Shown here piece after piece: positions 49,961 to 62,440 of a stretch of 64,000 nt of DNA (position 1 is the first letter of the stretch; every line of letters begins with the position of its first letter). Made by a program: the position numbers and the translations under genes. The notes beneath the pieces were generated by a model. That model ran no database searches, was not told the DNA's origin, and was given only the letters and a program-made list of their open reading frames with translations. The stretch comes from Gracilinanus agilis. Lineage: Eukaryota. The DNA is taken from positions 91,791,843 through 91,855,842 of the forward strand of contig NC_058131.1 of NCBI RefSeq assembly GCF_016433145.1, read 5' to 3'.

Positions 49961-50819
49961 CTGTTTAAAAATTTTAATTGATATATTTTCACATGAACTT
50001 CACATTCCTCCCTCCTCCTCATCTCTTTTAACAGTTTGTGGTACAGTGCCTTATACATAGTGGATACTTAATACTTCTATTCTGAATCAAAGTGTCTGTT
50101 GCTAATACTCATTTCCTTTTCTTTGGAAGGGGACAAGTCTCTCTGCCTCTGGTCTTTCACTCTGTCTTCATTTCAACCCATCTTACACACTGCTGTTTGA
50201 TCAGTCTTCCTAAAGTACAGGCCTAATTATGTAATTCTTTTGATTTAAAACATTCAAGAGTGCCCCCAGTTAAAGCTCCTTAGTCTGGAAATTATTTCTT
50301 TCCATAAGCTACCTTTTTAGCCTCATACTTCATACTACAATTTACATATTTAAGCTCCAGCTATGAGACTCCTCATAATCTCCTGAATTCCATTCACCGT
50401 TCTCTTTGCTTTCCTAGCTCTGTGTTTTTTGCTTAGGTCAAAGGTGGTAGATCCTCTAAGGCCTGGCTCAAATGCCTCCTTTTCCATGAAGCCTTCTGAG
50501 TCTCTCTGGCCTAGGAAATCTACCCCTACTCAACATTACTCCTTCCCTTCTCTGAACTTTATGCCTCTTTTATTATGTTTTTATATCCTACTTTCTATTA
50601 TAATTATTTATATAACTATTTTGCTTATATGTCTTATTTTTTCCCACATTAGTCTATAAATTTGATGACAGCAGAGACTATATATTTTCTGTCTATAGAA
50701 TCTACCACAATGCCATGTACATGACAGGCATGCAATAAATATATATTCAGTGAATAAATTCTGCCCTTCCCCTATTTGATGCTCCCTTTTAGGAGAGAAC
50801 ATGTCTGCTAGTGGCTTAC

Positions 50820-51023
50820 CAAAACTGAACACATTGGGAATGAAGTCCTCCACTTCTGGATACTTGCCAAGCTTAACAATTACACATGTAGAATCTTCAG
50901 AAGATGAGGTCTTTATGCTGGCTGCCATGTACTCCTCCCCTGGAGAAATCCTGATACGTTCAACAAAGGCATTATATAATGAAAGCTCTTCCAAACGGAG
51001 TAAAACTTCACAACTGTTAATAC
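50820..51023 (-). CDS. PREPL: PREPL coding exon 4/14
   Basis: gtactAG|GT...TTT G|GTaagc; 204 nt; EVLLRLEEL...RIRISPGEEYMAA...STCVIVKL...PNVFSF. Confidence 0.95.
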
Positions 51024-51535
51024 CTAGTACATAAAAAAAAAAATACAAAACAGACCAGACACTAAACTATGTATTTTATTTCAAAGAGAAATTTACTAAA
51101 ATAAAATAAACATGGCATATATCAAGATCACAAGGAAAATATCTGCTTCTAAAACAAATAAATTCTGTTGTTCCTCAGAATTGATAACATGTGATTTATA
51201 TGTAGTCTGGGAACAAGAATATAAAGCATTAGCCATTTAGAGATAAGCCCATAAACTTATATTTATATAATTACAAACACAATAATCTAATTAAAGAAAA
51301 GGTTCTGTTTGTCACCTATGCTTTGGCTAGAGTATATCATTGTTAATGCTATTATAGACAAATTTAGATAATACAATGCACTATAAAATCAACACAAAAT
51401 TAAATCATTAAAAAACAAATATATTTTGCTTATATAGCTACTCTATTTCTACCATTGTATACATTTAATAAATGAACATTTGCACATTTCCTAAAAAAGA
51501 TTTGAAAAATTAAAGCATATAAAAAAATAAGTTAC

Positions 51536-51602
51536 CATCTCCAAGTTTTAAACGTAGTATGCAACCATTTTCTTCATAGTAAAGAAAATCACCAAATTGA
51601 AT
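51536..51602 (-). CDS. PREPL: PREPL coding exon 3/14
   Basis: ttctcAG|ATT...GAT G|GTaact; 67 nt; IQFGDFLYYEENGCILRLKLGD. Confidence 0.9.
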
Positions 51603-53164
51603 CTGAGAAGTGAGAAAAAAAGAGTTGCTATAAAAAGTGCAAAACTGATTCAATTTGTAAATATGTCTCTTTATTGACCTTTGATAAAATGAGCCATTCG
51701 ATATATAGGATGATACTGTGAACACTTAGATTTCATTAAAAAATAAATTGAGCCACCAACACAGAAGTATATGAACATCTACTAAAAAAAAGAAAGAAAA
51801 CACAGCATGCCATCTGTTTCTTCCCTTTTATATTACTTACTTCTGTTTAATTATGAAGTCAGTGACCTTCATATACTAGCTTATATTTTATATTTACAAA
51901 GGACTTTTCTCACAACAACCCTGTGTGACAAGTACTATTGACATCCTTCTTTTACTGAGGAGGATTCTAAGACTTGGAGAAATTTATACAAGATGTAGGA
52001 TAGCAAAGCATTGAGCTGAGACCAAGGCAACTCCTTCTGACTCCCAATTCAGGGTTCCTTCTACTATATTATGGTGAAAGTTAAGTGCTAGAGACTCAAT
52101 GAAATACACTGAATTCAAATTTCATTTTACATGAAACCACAAATCTAGTAATATTGCATTATTGTATAATCCAAAGAAAACTTCTGATTATGAAGAATTT
52201 ATATTAAAAAAAGAAATTAATTCTCTAAATTCCAATAAGTTGTTCTGTTATTCCAGCAGGGAGCTATAGCTCTTTAAATTTTATAATGATTTACTTTGAG
52301 TCTCCTAGGGAACATTTCATCCTCTCACCACTGACTGCCAGGGAGTATCGATTATTATCAGTCACTAAGATTGTAAAGCACTGCTTAAGGGTATATGCCC
52401 CAAAACATGATTATTTAAAGTTATAGAGTTAATATCTTATTGAAAAATAGTCAGGGTGAGCACCTGTATTTTCATACAAGTGACTGCTGTTCTCATGTAC
52501 ATTTTCACTATGGCAATTTTAAGATGATAATGAAATAATTTAGTTTTAGGCAAGAAAGCAGGAATGTATTTTACTTTCTGTACTGTTTTTTTTTTTAAAT
52601 GTGGAACACTTGCACGTCAGCCTCACACAGGGACTATACAAATTTTCTCTGTATTGTTCCAATTTTAGTATATGTGCTGGTGAAGCAAGTACAAGAATAT
52701 ATTTTGAGTGTATTTCTTTTTGTACAATATTTTAAAATAAAGCTATCAAAGATGCTTTTGGGACAGGAACACCACAAAGTACTTTAAATAATATAAATTT
52801 TATTTTAATTGCACTGTTGCCATGAAATAGCATATCTACTAACATTACTTTAAAAATCAGAGCTCAGTTTTAGACATTATAGTTAAAAATTATGATTATT
52901 TTTTGATAAACTTTAAAAAGCAGCCTATTTTTGCACTCAAAACCTTTTATGTGCTTTGTTCTAGTTTAATCTTTAACATTAAGAAAATCACAACATATTT
53001 ATTTTAAATGTTGTAATGAATATCCTCTGGCTCAAAACAACAAAATATTGGCTTGCCTACTAGCAGTACAAAGCATTTTTAAGTGCTGAACATATATTTG
53101 TTTCTTGGCTTATAGTGCCAGAGAATATTTTTTTAAGGAGGGAAATAAATTATTTCCTACTGAC

Positions 53165-53293
53165 CTCTAAGTTGTCCATAATGAGTGAGTATTTGTCATA
53201 AGATGCTTCTATTTTCTTCTTGAATTTTTCCATTGAATCCAAGTAATTTATTAAAAGAGATTTTGTGTTCTCTTGTTCAGTATTCAGAAGGTC
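53165..53293 (-). CDS. PREPL: PREPL coding exon 2/14 (region of the short-isoform start)
   Basis: attacAG|GAC...GAG|GTcagt; 129 nt; DLLNTEQENTKSLLINYLDSMEKFKKKIEASYDKYSLIMDNLE, aligning to human [23 protein letters not shown]...INVE. Confidence 0.88.
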
Positions 53294-55449
53294 CTGTAAT
53301 AAATATTTTACTGGAGTAGTCAAATTATTTTAACTAGTTAAAATTGTCAACCTTCTAAAGAAAAATCCTTTGTTTCCTTTTCACACAAGTTTTACAATGT
53401 CAGGAACACCTAATGAAGTAATAAGGAGTTTGAGAGTTCTTGAAAGGGCTTTCCTAACTCTTCTCCCTTCTACACTGCCCTCCACTCTCCCGAGAAAATC
53501 CTCCTACCACGGTCCTATGTTGATGCAGAAATCTCATTTTAAAATCCAAACAAAAAAAGGATGCACAGGACACTCAGCAACTAGAATACTGCTGTGCCCT
53601 TTTACATCAATAATTCCAAAGGATGAGGAGCTCCGAAGTGTAGCTAAGACTCGTACTCCGCTTGAGAGAGTGTGCAGAAACACCATGGGCAACGTTTACA
53701 GGAGATTAAGCAGAAAAAGAAATCCCATGTATTTTACATATTTAACACTCAGTCAGGGGTGGGATAGTAGAGAGAATGAGAGCCAGAAACATCTATTGAG
53801 TTTTTACAAATACTGAAGTATGAAAAGGGAAGCACTGCAGGGAGGGAGAGGAGGACACTTTATCTTTACTAATAAAAGCTCGCCATCATTTTACTCACAA
53901 TAAAACAGTTATAACATAAGAAGTCTGCCCTACCCCACCTCCTCATCAGCAATAATTTGCTTCCCTTGTTGGGATAAGCAGCAGCCAAAGCAGAACAGTT
54001 TATCTGTTCAAAAGGTGAATTGCTGCCTTGCAAAATGGAGCATCCCCTTTATTTTCATTTTAGAAAAAAATGCATTTACCATATGTAAGAAAAAATCTAT
54101 GAAATAATGGAAGAATTAAAGAAAATTAGCACAGATACCGATGAAAGCTTAATAACTGCCTACTGAGGACCTGCCCATGAATGTGCTTTGAGGAGATAGG
54201 AATAGCTAATAAATAAAAATCCTGACCTCTAGAGCCACATAAACGGACATATGCATTATCAAAGTCTTAGATTGGGGAATCATAACTGCCTAGTGAATAA
54301 TGTGCCTGACAGTTTAACATTTTGCTGGACCTGCCCAGGAATGAGTGTCCCTAAGTGGAAAAAACCAATCTAGCCAAGCTTCCCAACTATGAGTCTGCCA
54401 CAGATGACAATTACAGTGATGACAAGTGCCAAAGAATCCATTCATCCTTCAATAATTAACTCAATAACCAACAAATCTTCATTATGTGGCTGGTGTGCAC
54501 ATCATATTCAAATTATAAAAATAAAAGCTAAAAATAAAAATTTTTCCCCATGATGTTCAGTTTGAAAGCTATAAAAATGCAATATGATAAGACAAACAAA
54601 CAAAAAAAAACAAACCTCAATGCCTCTGGTCCCCAATATCTCTTTTATATGATTTAATTTTTATTTTCCATTTTTGGGAGATTCTTTAGATTTGGGTCTA
54701 ATTCAATCTTATTCACATTTGGATCAAAGCTGAGGCAAAAAAATATAGGGCTAGATCCAATGTCTAAACCTTTGGCAGGATATACACCTGTCTGATTCTG
54801 GCTTAAAAAAAAAGATAAAGAGAAGAAACTGAGACAAAATTATTTCCAAACCAAATTCAAACTAGATGTAAGGATCTCTATAGGATTCTAAATTGCTGCT
54901 TTATTTTAACTACGTAAGCAATAAAGTCATTTTTATTACGTAACCACTTACAAGGTATGCCAAAATACTGGAAACCTCAGTACAAAGCCATTTTCTAATC
55001 AATAAAACCATGATCTGAATTTCTATACGAGCCAGTTTATTTTCAAGCTACTTAAATAACCATCAATATTCATTAGGTTACTTAAATAATAGCCTCATAA
55101 GTAAGTAAATAAAACATTAAAAAATGACTATAAGTTTATGTTGCAATTGTAACAATTAGACAGTAATTCCACATGAAATTTAGACCCAGTAGGTCACAAA
55201 AGGAAGGCCCCTAATTGAACTGGATTTTGTTATCTACAAACCCAAATCTGATCCACATTAGAACCCAGCTTGTGTAGTTGTATAGTTGGGTCAATGTTTG
55301 AGTCCTCAATATAATTTAATTTATACTTGCCTATCTAATTTTTTCCCATGGAATAACAAAATAAACAAAGCTGAGATTAACTTAATGATTTCTGAATTTA
55401 GCTAGCAGGTAAATCATTCTTTAAAAGGTAATCTCACACTGGTACTGGG

Positions 55450-56940
55450 AATATTAGGAAATATTGTGAATTGTCTTGCTTCTCCTCCAATCTCTGATCA
55501 TTCTTTATTTTTCTCTTGCTCCTAAAAGTGGATATCTCCTTAAGATTCTATGGTGGTCCACTTATTCCTCTCTCCCTTTTCACTGGTACTCTCTTCCATA
55601 CTTAAACTTACATCCTTCCATACACATATATTCTTCCATGACTGTAATCATCATCTCTAAAGTTACTTTTCAACCTCTTTCCAGGGTTCCAGCCTTGTAT
55701 TATCAAATGTCTGCTAGATTTTTTCATTTAGATATTCCACTAACAACTCAAATTTAACAAGCTGAAATTTGAATTTTTATAAACCTCTCTGCAAAACCTA
55801 TCCTTTCCCCTAACTTCTTTATTTTTGTCGATGGCACCGTTACCCTCTCAGTCACCCATACATATCCTGGAATACCTTTGATCATTTTTAATGACCATTT
55901 TTTAAAGATTCCTTTGCTGGATTTTAATCCATGCCATGCTCATTAACTGTGATGCCTTCCCCCTTCTCTTCCCACTCTAACCCCAACACTGTCTTGGGCT
56001 CTCTCCTCTTTTCACTCTGTACTATCTCAAGTGGTGATCTCATCAGCACCTATGAATTAAACTATCATCACTAAATGATGATTCCTAGGTATATGTAGCT
56101 ATTCTTAGTATCTCTACTAAACTCCAGTGCCATATAACCAACTGCACACTGGACATCTTAAACTGGATATCCTTTACGTGCCGAAAACTCCCATTCATCC
56201 AAAAACACACCTGATTATCATTCTCCCCAAATTCTCCCCTTGCTTCAATTTCCTTGTTGCCATCTTAGACTCCACTATCTTCCCAATCACCAAGGATCAC
56301 AATCTCAGTGATAAACCTTCAACTCACTACTCTCACTTCTATAGCCAAATCTTGCCATTTCTACTTTCACAACATCTCTGCTATGTTTCCCCTGTGTTCC
56401 ACTCACATTCACCAACATAGTTTGGGGCCTCAACCTTTCTTACTCTAACTACAAGAACTTTTTAATTGGTCTCTCTGTGTCTCTCTCCGTTCCAACCCAT
56501 CTTCCACTCAGTTGAAGTGATTTTTCCTCAATGCTAGATTTGTATATATCAAACCTTTCTTGCTTTCATTCAATATATGTTAGTGATTCCGTTACCTTGA
56601 GGAACAAATATAAAGTAATTTTGTTGCCATTCAATGCTTTCCATAAGCTATCCCTTTCCTACTTTTCTCACCCTTCTTATAGCCTTCACACTCCAGCTTA
56701 ATTTGCCTCTTTGCTGTCCCTTATACTCTGGGACCCCTTCCTATGTCTTCTAATGTGTAATGTTTGCTCCCACTCCAATTCCCACACCTGGAAAGTTCTC
56801 TCTCATCTATTTCTGAGTTTTTCTGGCTTTCTTCAAGATTTAGCTCAATTTACAGATTCTGTAGCAGGCCCCCTCCTCTGAGATCACTACCTCTCATCTG
56901 TTTAGCTCATATCTTGTATGCCCCTATTTATTTGTCTCTG
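55450..56940 (+). mobile_element. Cluster of L2-like fragments
   Basis: Repeated L2 3' motifs (CCACTAACAACTCAAATTTAAC; CATATAACCAACTGC..ACTGGACATCT). Confidence 0.6.
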
Positions 56941-59011
56941 GAGACCTGGCTTCTAGTCCTTGCACTACTATTAACTATGTGATTTTGAGGAAATTTCAAA
57001 ACTTTTGTGAGCTTCATATTCCTCTGTTTTATATTAGCTGATCTCTATGGTTCCTTCAAGTCTGAAAAGGTTATAACATTATTAAGTATTTATTGAGTAC
57101 TTATATATAAGACCATGCCTATGCTATGGGGGAATACAAAAGATGCATAACAAATAGTCCCCATGAACTTACAATTTAGTTAGGGAGCTAAGACTTAAAA
57201 ACAAGAGAAAACAAAACATAAATGCTAAATGTGTGGCATTAACATAGGTCAATGCATTTATACCTTAACTCCTGAATACAAGCGAATTCTTAAAATACTT
57301 CTATAATGTATGTAAATTATCATATTTAGTTAATATTCCATCTTTCCTCAAAAAGTTTTTCCTAATAAACCCAAATGAAAGATTATGGTGCCTATGGGAC
57401 AAATTATTAGATTGATTTTTTTTTTCTGACTGAAAAAAATGGCAAACAGAAAGACATTTTAAAAAGAGAAAATACAGAAGGAAAGCTTAGGAGCCAATAG
57501 TCTCAATGTAGAGCCTAACGAATTAGGTAAGAAAAAGTTTTGAAGATGGGACTAGTGACAGATTGTACTATATGACTATTTTTTGCCAAATGGCCTAGCC
57601 TAATAAATCAGAAAATTTCACATTCAATTCATATTGGGTGTAAAATAATGTAAATTTCTTTTTTTAGCCACAGCAACTCTTGAATGCTACCTACTAAGGT
57701 GTGGAAGGGCTGTAAGTTGTATTGGTCAGTCTGTAGAGTATCACTTTAAAGTAATTATGGATCTGAAGATAAGGAAAATTCATTATTCATATAGGTATGC
57801 TTTGCTTTATATAAAAAAGCATGGATGGGTGATATAACTTGAAACTGTGCAGAATACTTTTTAAATGTATCAAAGCACACATTTGGAATTTCATTCCAAT
57901 TTCATCAACAATTCAATTTAATAAACATTAAGTTTCCATTAAATGCAAAGTTTTATGCTAGGTGTTATTAATACTTGAGAAGAAACTGGAATTTAGTATA
58001 ATGTAATATTTGATCTGTCTGAGGTTTTATATGCAGATCTAGTAAAGGGACTTCAGAGTAAGGGATGATTGCCTATGAAACAATCCCAAGATATATGGAC
58101 TCTGAGAAGAACAGTAGAATAAGATTGCAGTTCAATTCATTTTTCCTGTTCTTTTCTCCCCTGTTCTTTTTTTATTCTATCAAATTTTCCTTTTCCTTTT
58201 TTTCTTCTTTCTATCCCATTTATGTTTGGTAACAAGTTGTGATGCCATTAGTTCTACAGGCATTAGTTCTACAGAGATAGCACCAAAGACTCTGGAGACC
58301 CTAGAACTTGCCACATTAGGGCAACAGAAATAAACCCCAGATAAAAACAAAGCTATAGGCAGTAGTCAACTTCTAGTCTTTAAATCTTTTATTTTGTATA
58401 TATTAAATTATCTGGAAATTAATTTCTTGGTATTTCTCCATCCTAGTCCTGTCTATACAATAGCATGCTACTCAACAAATATTTTTCAACAACTATTTAT
58501 ACTTAAAGTTTACTAACTAATAAAAATATCAATTCAAATATAAGTTTTACACAGTTCTTTGCTCATAACTCTTTTGTAAGGCAGGTAGTACAAAAGTTAC
58601 TACCCATTACATTGATGACTAGAGACCAGGACTTGGACTCCAAGACATGGGCTCTTCCCATTGAACCTTGCTGCCTCTCCAAAAAAATACAAAAGTGACA
58701 GCTAGTTTCTGTCTTCTACATAAATAATGTCTCCTATATAAATTAGTGTATAAGGAACAAAACTAGAGATAGTAAAAGAAGTAGTAGTAAAAGTAAAAAA
58801 AAAATACTTTATAGCTTCTCCAATAAATCCTCACTTTTCAGCGGAATTTTGGGGCAATAGCTGGATTATCATTTACTGAAGATTCTTGGTTTAGTACCAT
58901 TGAGATCTATGATTGGGAGATAGTGCTAGGGCTGGATTTGGAAAACCTATCAATTCTTTATTTCTTAACTAGGATTTGCCTAACAGATAGATTAAAATAA
59001 ATTGTTCATAC

Positions 59012-59233
59012 CACATAGGAGAATCTCCGGCTTGTGATGTTTCTTGCTGATATAGATTTCTTGCATTTATTTTGCAAACACTTAAAGTTGTGATATTTTC
59101 TCACTTTTATCCAAGGACAACAATCAATGAAATGATGGAGATCATGCTGCTGTTGCTGCTGCTGTGTGTATTTTCCATAGCGAGCAATACCAAACCTCAG
59201 AGTTTGGAGGAAAAATTTGGCTTTCTGATGCAT
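59012..59233 (-). CDS. PREPL: PREPL coding exon 1/14 (long-isoform start and leader); likely acceptor at 59301
   Basis: ATG at 59233; MHQKAKFFLQTLRFGI...KYHNFKCLQNK...ARNITSRRFSYV|GTatga, matching human MQQKTKLFLQALKYSI...ARNIPSRSFSCK. Upstream acceptor ttcactAG|A. Confidence 0.9.
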
Positions 59234-61727
59234 ACTGTCAACGTTCTTTTTTTGGTTTGACTTTTGAATTCCCAAGACATGAATGTTCTTACAGTGTAAT
59301 TCTAGTGAATTTGCAAAACATAAGGTCAGCAGTTCTTAATCTAATTCCTAAAGTATCAGAATCCTATAAGTAAAGAATAAAATACTGTATCTTGAACAAC
59401 TTTTATAAATAGGTTCAGAGAGGTCTAAAAATAAAAATATGTCTGTTTTAGAAGGTCAACAACTCCCTTAGGATAAACTCTTCTTTCTTGATAGATATGT
59501 CTCTTGCAAAGTCAATTCTCTCAGGCTAAGACCACATGGAAATTATACTGGAACAGTGATACCCTACAAAAAAAATTGAGAAGTTACAAATGACCATATC
59601 TCTAAAACCTTATAACATTTAGGTCTCCCACCAAATAAACTAGTTTTGAATTCACACAATTTTACATATATTTGATGTACTAGAGAACAGGTCAATGAGG
59701 AATTAAGTTGTTTTTTTTTTTTTTAAATATAACCCTACCTACAAGGTGTTCACATTTTATGGGGTAGGGGAGAGCTACAACTTATCCACAAATAAATAAA
59801 TAAAAGGTAATTTGAGGACATTAAGAACCAAGTTGGTGGGGAGGGAGAGGAGATGAAACAGGTATCAGAAAGAGTATGTCAAAGGAAAAACTATTATGTG
59901 AAATAGGTTGAAGCCAGAATGTAGAGCTCATAAAAGCCCAACAGAGAAGTTTGTATTTATCCTGGCCACAATGCAGAGCCACTGAAGGTTGTTGGACCAG
60001 GGAGTAACACGGTCACACCAGTCTTAGTAGGATCATGTTGGTCAATCTGAGAAGATACTTATTAAGCACTTGTTATGAGTAAAGTATCATGAATACAAGG
60101 ATAAAATAGAAAAATTCTTCTCTACATATTCCAAATATCTACCACAATGCCTTTTAGTGAATCAGAGCCCAGAATTGGGAATAATAGGATTTCAGTTTGA
60201 ATCCAAGTTTGGCTATAGATCTGTGTGACCTTGGACAAGTTACAAGTCCACTGAACATTTTTCCTCATCTCTAAAATGATAAGACTGGGTTATAGTTATC
60301 ACTAAGATCCCTTTCAAGTTTAGATCCTATGATGACTTAATAACATTTGCTGCATTGAAATAAGTGACAATTAAGAGAGATGTTGACATTAAAGCTCAGG
60401 ATACAATAAATAATACTCCTTAATGCAAGAGGGGAATTAATTTAGAATACAAAAGTATTCTCCACTCCCTCTTTTTCCTCCGCCCCCAAAGTCTGAAAGG
60501 CTATAGAAACAAAAAAAAAAATCTATGATGGGTTACTAAAAAGAAGTTAGAGATGGCCAAGTTCATCTCTAATTTTCTAAGGATGATATCAGGAAGGGCA
60601 AATATCACACTTCACAAGACATCCCTTAGGAAAACTGTCAAATAAAATACTGAACATAGTGTCTTCAGTACAGTAGCTTCACAGTAAACGGTTTCTCAAC
60701 TTAAAAAAAGATCTGTTTTACTTATGGCATTTACTCTCCTCTTCCAGACTACCTTTTTACACCTTAGAAGTTTCTTAGATCAAAAGTATTCATCACCAAG
60801 GGACAATCAACTCTACATGTTGATAAATTTCTGGCAATCTGACTAGTCAGATCTCCATAATAATGTAGGCACAGCTTTCCAGAAAGGAGCATTACCAACA
60901 ATCCATAAAGAAGAATCGAGCCCACTTTAATAGATGGACCCTCCAGCTGAATTCTGTCAAACTGAATCTAGGATGGAACTATGCCAATATTTCTTCTGCA
61001 GTAGACAGCTTGGGTAATGATTCAGACTTAGGGGCAAAAATCTGTTTTTCTAAAAATATGGAGGTGCATATAAAGCTGAAGCTCTCTATTTGGCCCTCAA
61101 CTGACTAATTCTGTACCCACTTCATCTTTGGAGGCAGACACCATCATCAGCAGGTAAGCTCCACGAGGGAGGGGGCTAGTTTTGCCTTTCCTGGTCAGCT
61201 AGACAGTACAGCAGACTGAGTGGTATATCTGGAGTTTGGAAGGCTTGAGTTCAAATCCCACCTCCGACATAACCCTGGCAAGCTCCTTAACTTCTGCCTG
61301 CCTCAGTCTCCTCATCTATAAAATGAGATTAATACCAGCACCTACCTCCCGAGGCTGATATGAGGTCCAAATGTTCTGCGAACTTTAAAGCACTATATAA
61401 ATTCTAGGGAGGAATATCTGACTTACTCTCTAGCCTCTGGCACCAAGTAGGTGCTTAATAAATCCCTTAGTGACCTTTTTTTCAAGCAGGAAGGCTTCTG
61501 GAGGGTTTAGAAGAAGGAAGGCGACCTCCTATCAGGACCGTCGGACGCCAGGTGGGAATTCAAGGCCAAAGCAAGGAGAGGGTCAAGTTCAGGCCGCGGG
61601 TCCGGGTCCTTCCTCCCACGTGGAGGCCAAAAAGCGGGGAACCAAGCCTACTCTGGAACCAGGAAGGGGGTCCCGGGGCAAGACAATCCAGAGAAAATGG
61701 GGAATCCTGGGAGAAAAGGCTACTCAC

Positions 61728-61920
61728 TGTCTGACTTGGCTGACCCAGCTCTGGAGGGATCCTCAAACAGACCTCAGTGACATTCAGTGGTTCCTGAGAA
61801 CCGGCTCTGAGAAGCCGCTGTGCCAATCTTCCCGACGCAGGCCGCTCAATCCAGCGCCGAGTGGCGCTCCCGCGGCTCTCTTGGGAGATTCCGACGCCGC
61901 ATTCGCCATTTTTAGCTTGG
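61728..61920 (-). other. PREPL: Candidate non-coding first exon of PREPL
   Basis: Donor CA|GTGAGT at 61727; lies in the CpG island near the YY1 site. The 5' boundary is a guess. Confidence 0.45.
61904..61912 (-). promoter_or_regulatory. YY1 motif (CGCCATTTT / AAAATGGCG)
   Basis: Matches the YY1 consensus; YY1 and GABP are reported regulators of the human promoter (recalled). Confidence 0.6.
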
Positions 61921-62025
61921 GCTTGCTTTCTGTGTGTTCCTTAGCAATCCAGTTTTGCTTTATTAACATTTTGCCTATTCTCCTTTGATTCAGAACTACT
62001 GTAGCCAAGAAACAAAAGCCATATA

Positions 62026-62035
62026 GGGGCGGGGG
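62026..62035 (+). promoter_or_regulatory. GC box (Sp/KLF)
   Basis: GGGGCGGGGG. Confidence 0.55.
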
Positions 62036-62060
62036 GGTGGGAATGTTTCCAGTTCCTTAC

Positions 62061-62200
62061 CAGAAGTTCTATGTCATTCTCTACCTGCCCTTATCCAAGA
62101 TGGTCATCGTTGATGGCCCCAGGGAGTGACAAATCAATCGCCGCACTCCTCGCTCGCGGTTGCCGAGGTGACGCGTTTACCCGGAAGGGCCGCAAGCCGA
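62061..62200 (-). other. PREPL: Candidate alternative non-coding first exon of PREPL
   Basis: Strong donor CTG|GTAAGG at 62060. The 5' boundary is a guess. Confidence 0.35.
62181..62187 (+). promoter_or_regulatory. ETS/GABP (NRF-2) motif, next to a TGACG half-site
   Basis: CCGGAAG; TGACG at 62169-62173. Confidence 0.5.
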
Positions 62201-62329
62201 AGCCGGCTACAGCAGCCGAGGCCACGAGGTCCAGTGGCTGCGAGTCCCAGGCGTCGCAGGTCCTGTCAGCTGAGAGACAGGCAGGCAGGCAAGCAGGTCC
62301 TGGCAGGGGAGTCCGGGCGGCAGGTTGGG

Positions 62330-62440
62330 ATGGAGTCTCCAGCATCGGGAACTGATCCTGGAGCTGTCGGACAGCTCGGAGTTGGGGAGCCGGGGTCAGC
62401 CTCTCGGGGACCCTTGGCCAGGTGGAAACTGCTCCGGCAG
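62330..62440 (+). CDS. CAMKMT: CAMKMT (calmodulin-lysine N-methyltransferase) coding exon 1; gene continues beyond the window
   Basis: gggATGg strong Kozak; MES...ARWKLLRQ|GTaagc matches the human exon-1 end ARWKLLRQ; 111 nt. Confidence 0.9.

Noticed and set aside
53370-53816. 148-aa + strand ORF antisense to a PREPL intron
   Set aside because: TTG start, no recognisable motif, no supporting promoter or splice structure.
54150-54350. Imperfect duplicated motifs ATAACTGCCTA and GGACCTGCCCA.GAATG
   Set aside because: Only two short copies; consistent with an old local duplication, with no functional clue.
61151-61159. Consensus + strand donor CAG|GTAAGC
   Set aside because: Isolated 9-mer with no + strand promoter or acceptor upstream; expected by chance in 64 kb.
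61470-61988. 172-aa + strand ORF at the CpG island edge
   Set aside because: GTG start; GC-rich sequence is stop-poor; no family resemblance.
62126-62329. 68-codon in-frame open extension upstream of the CAMKMT ATG
   Set aside because: No in-frame ATG; GC-rich sequence explains openness; ATG 62330 has a strong Kozak context and matches the human MES start.
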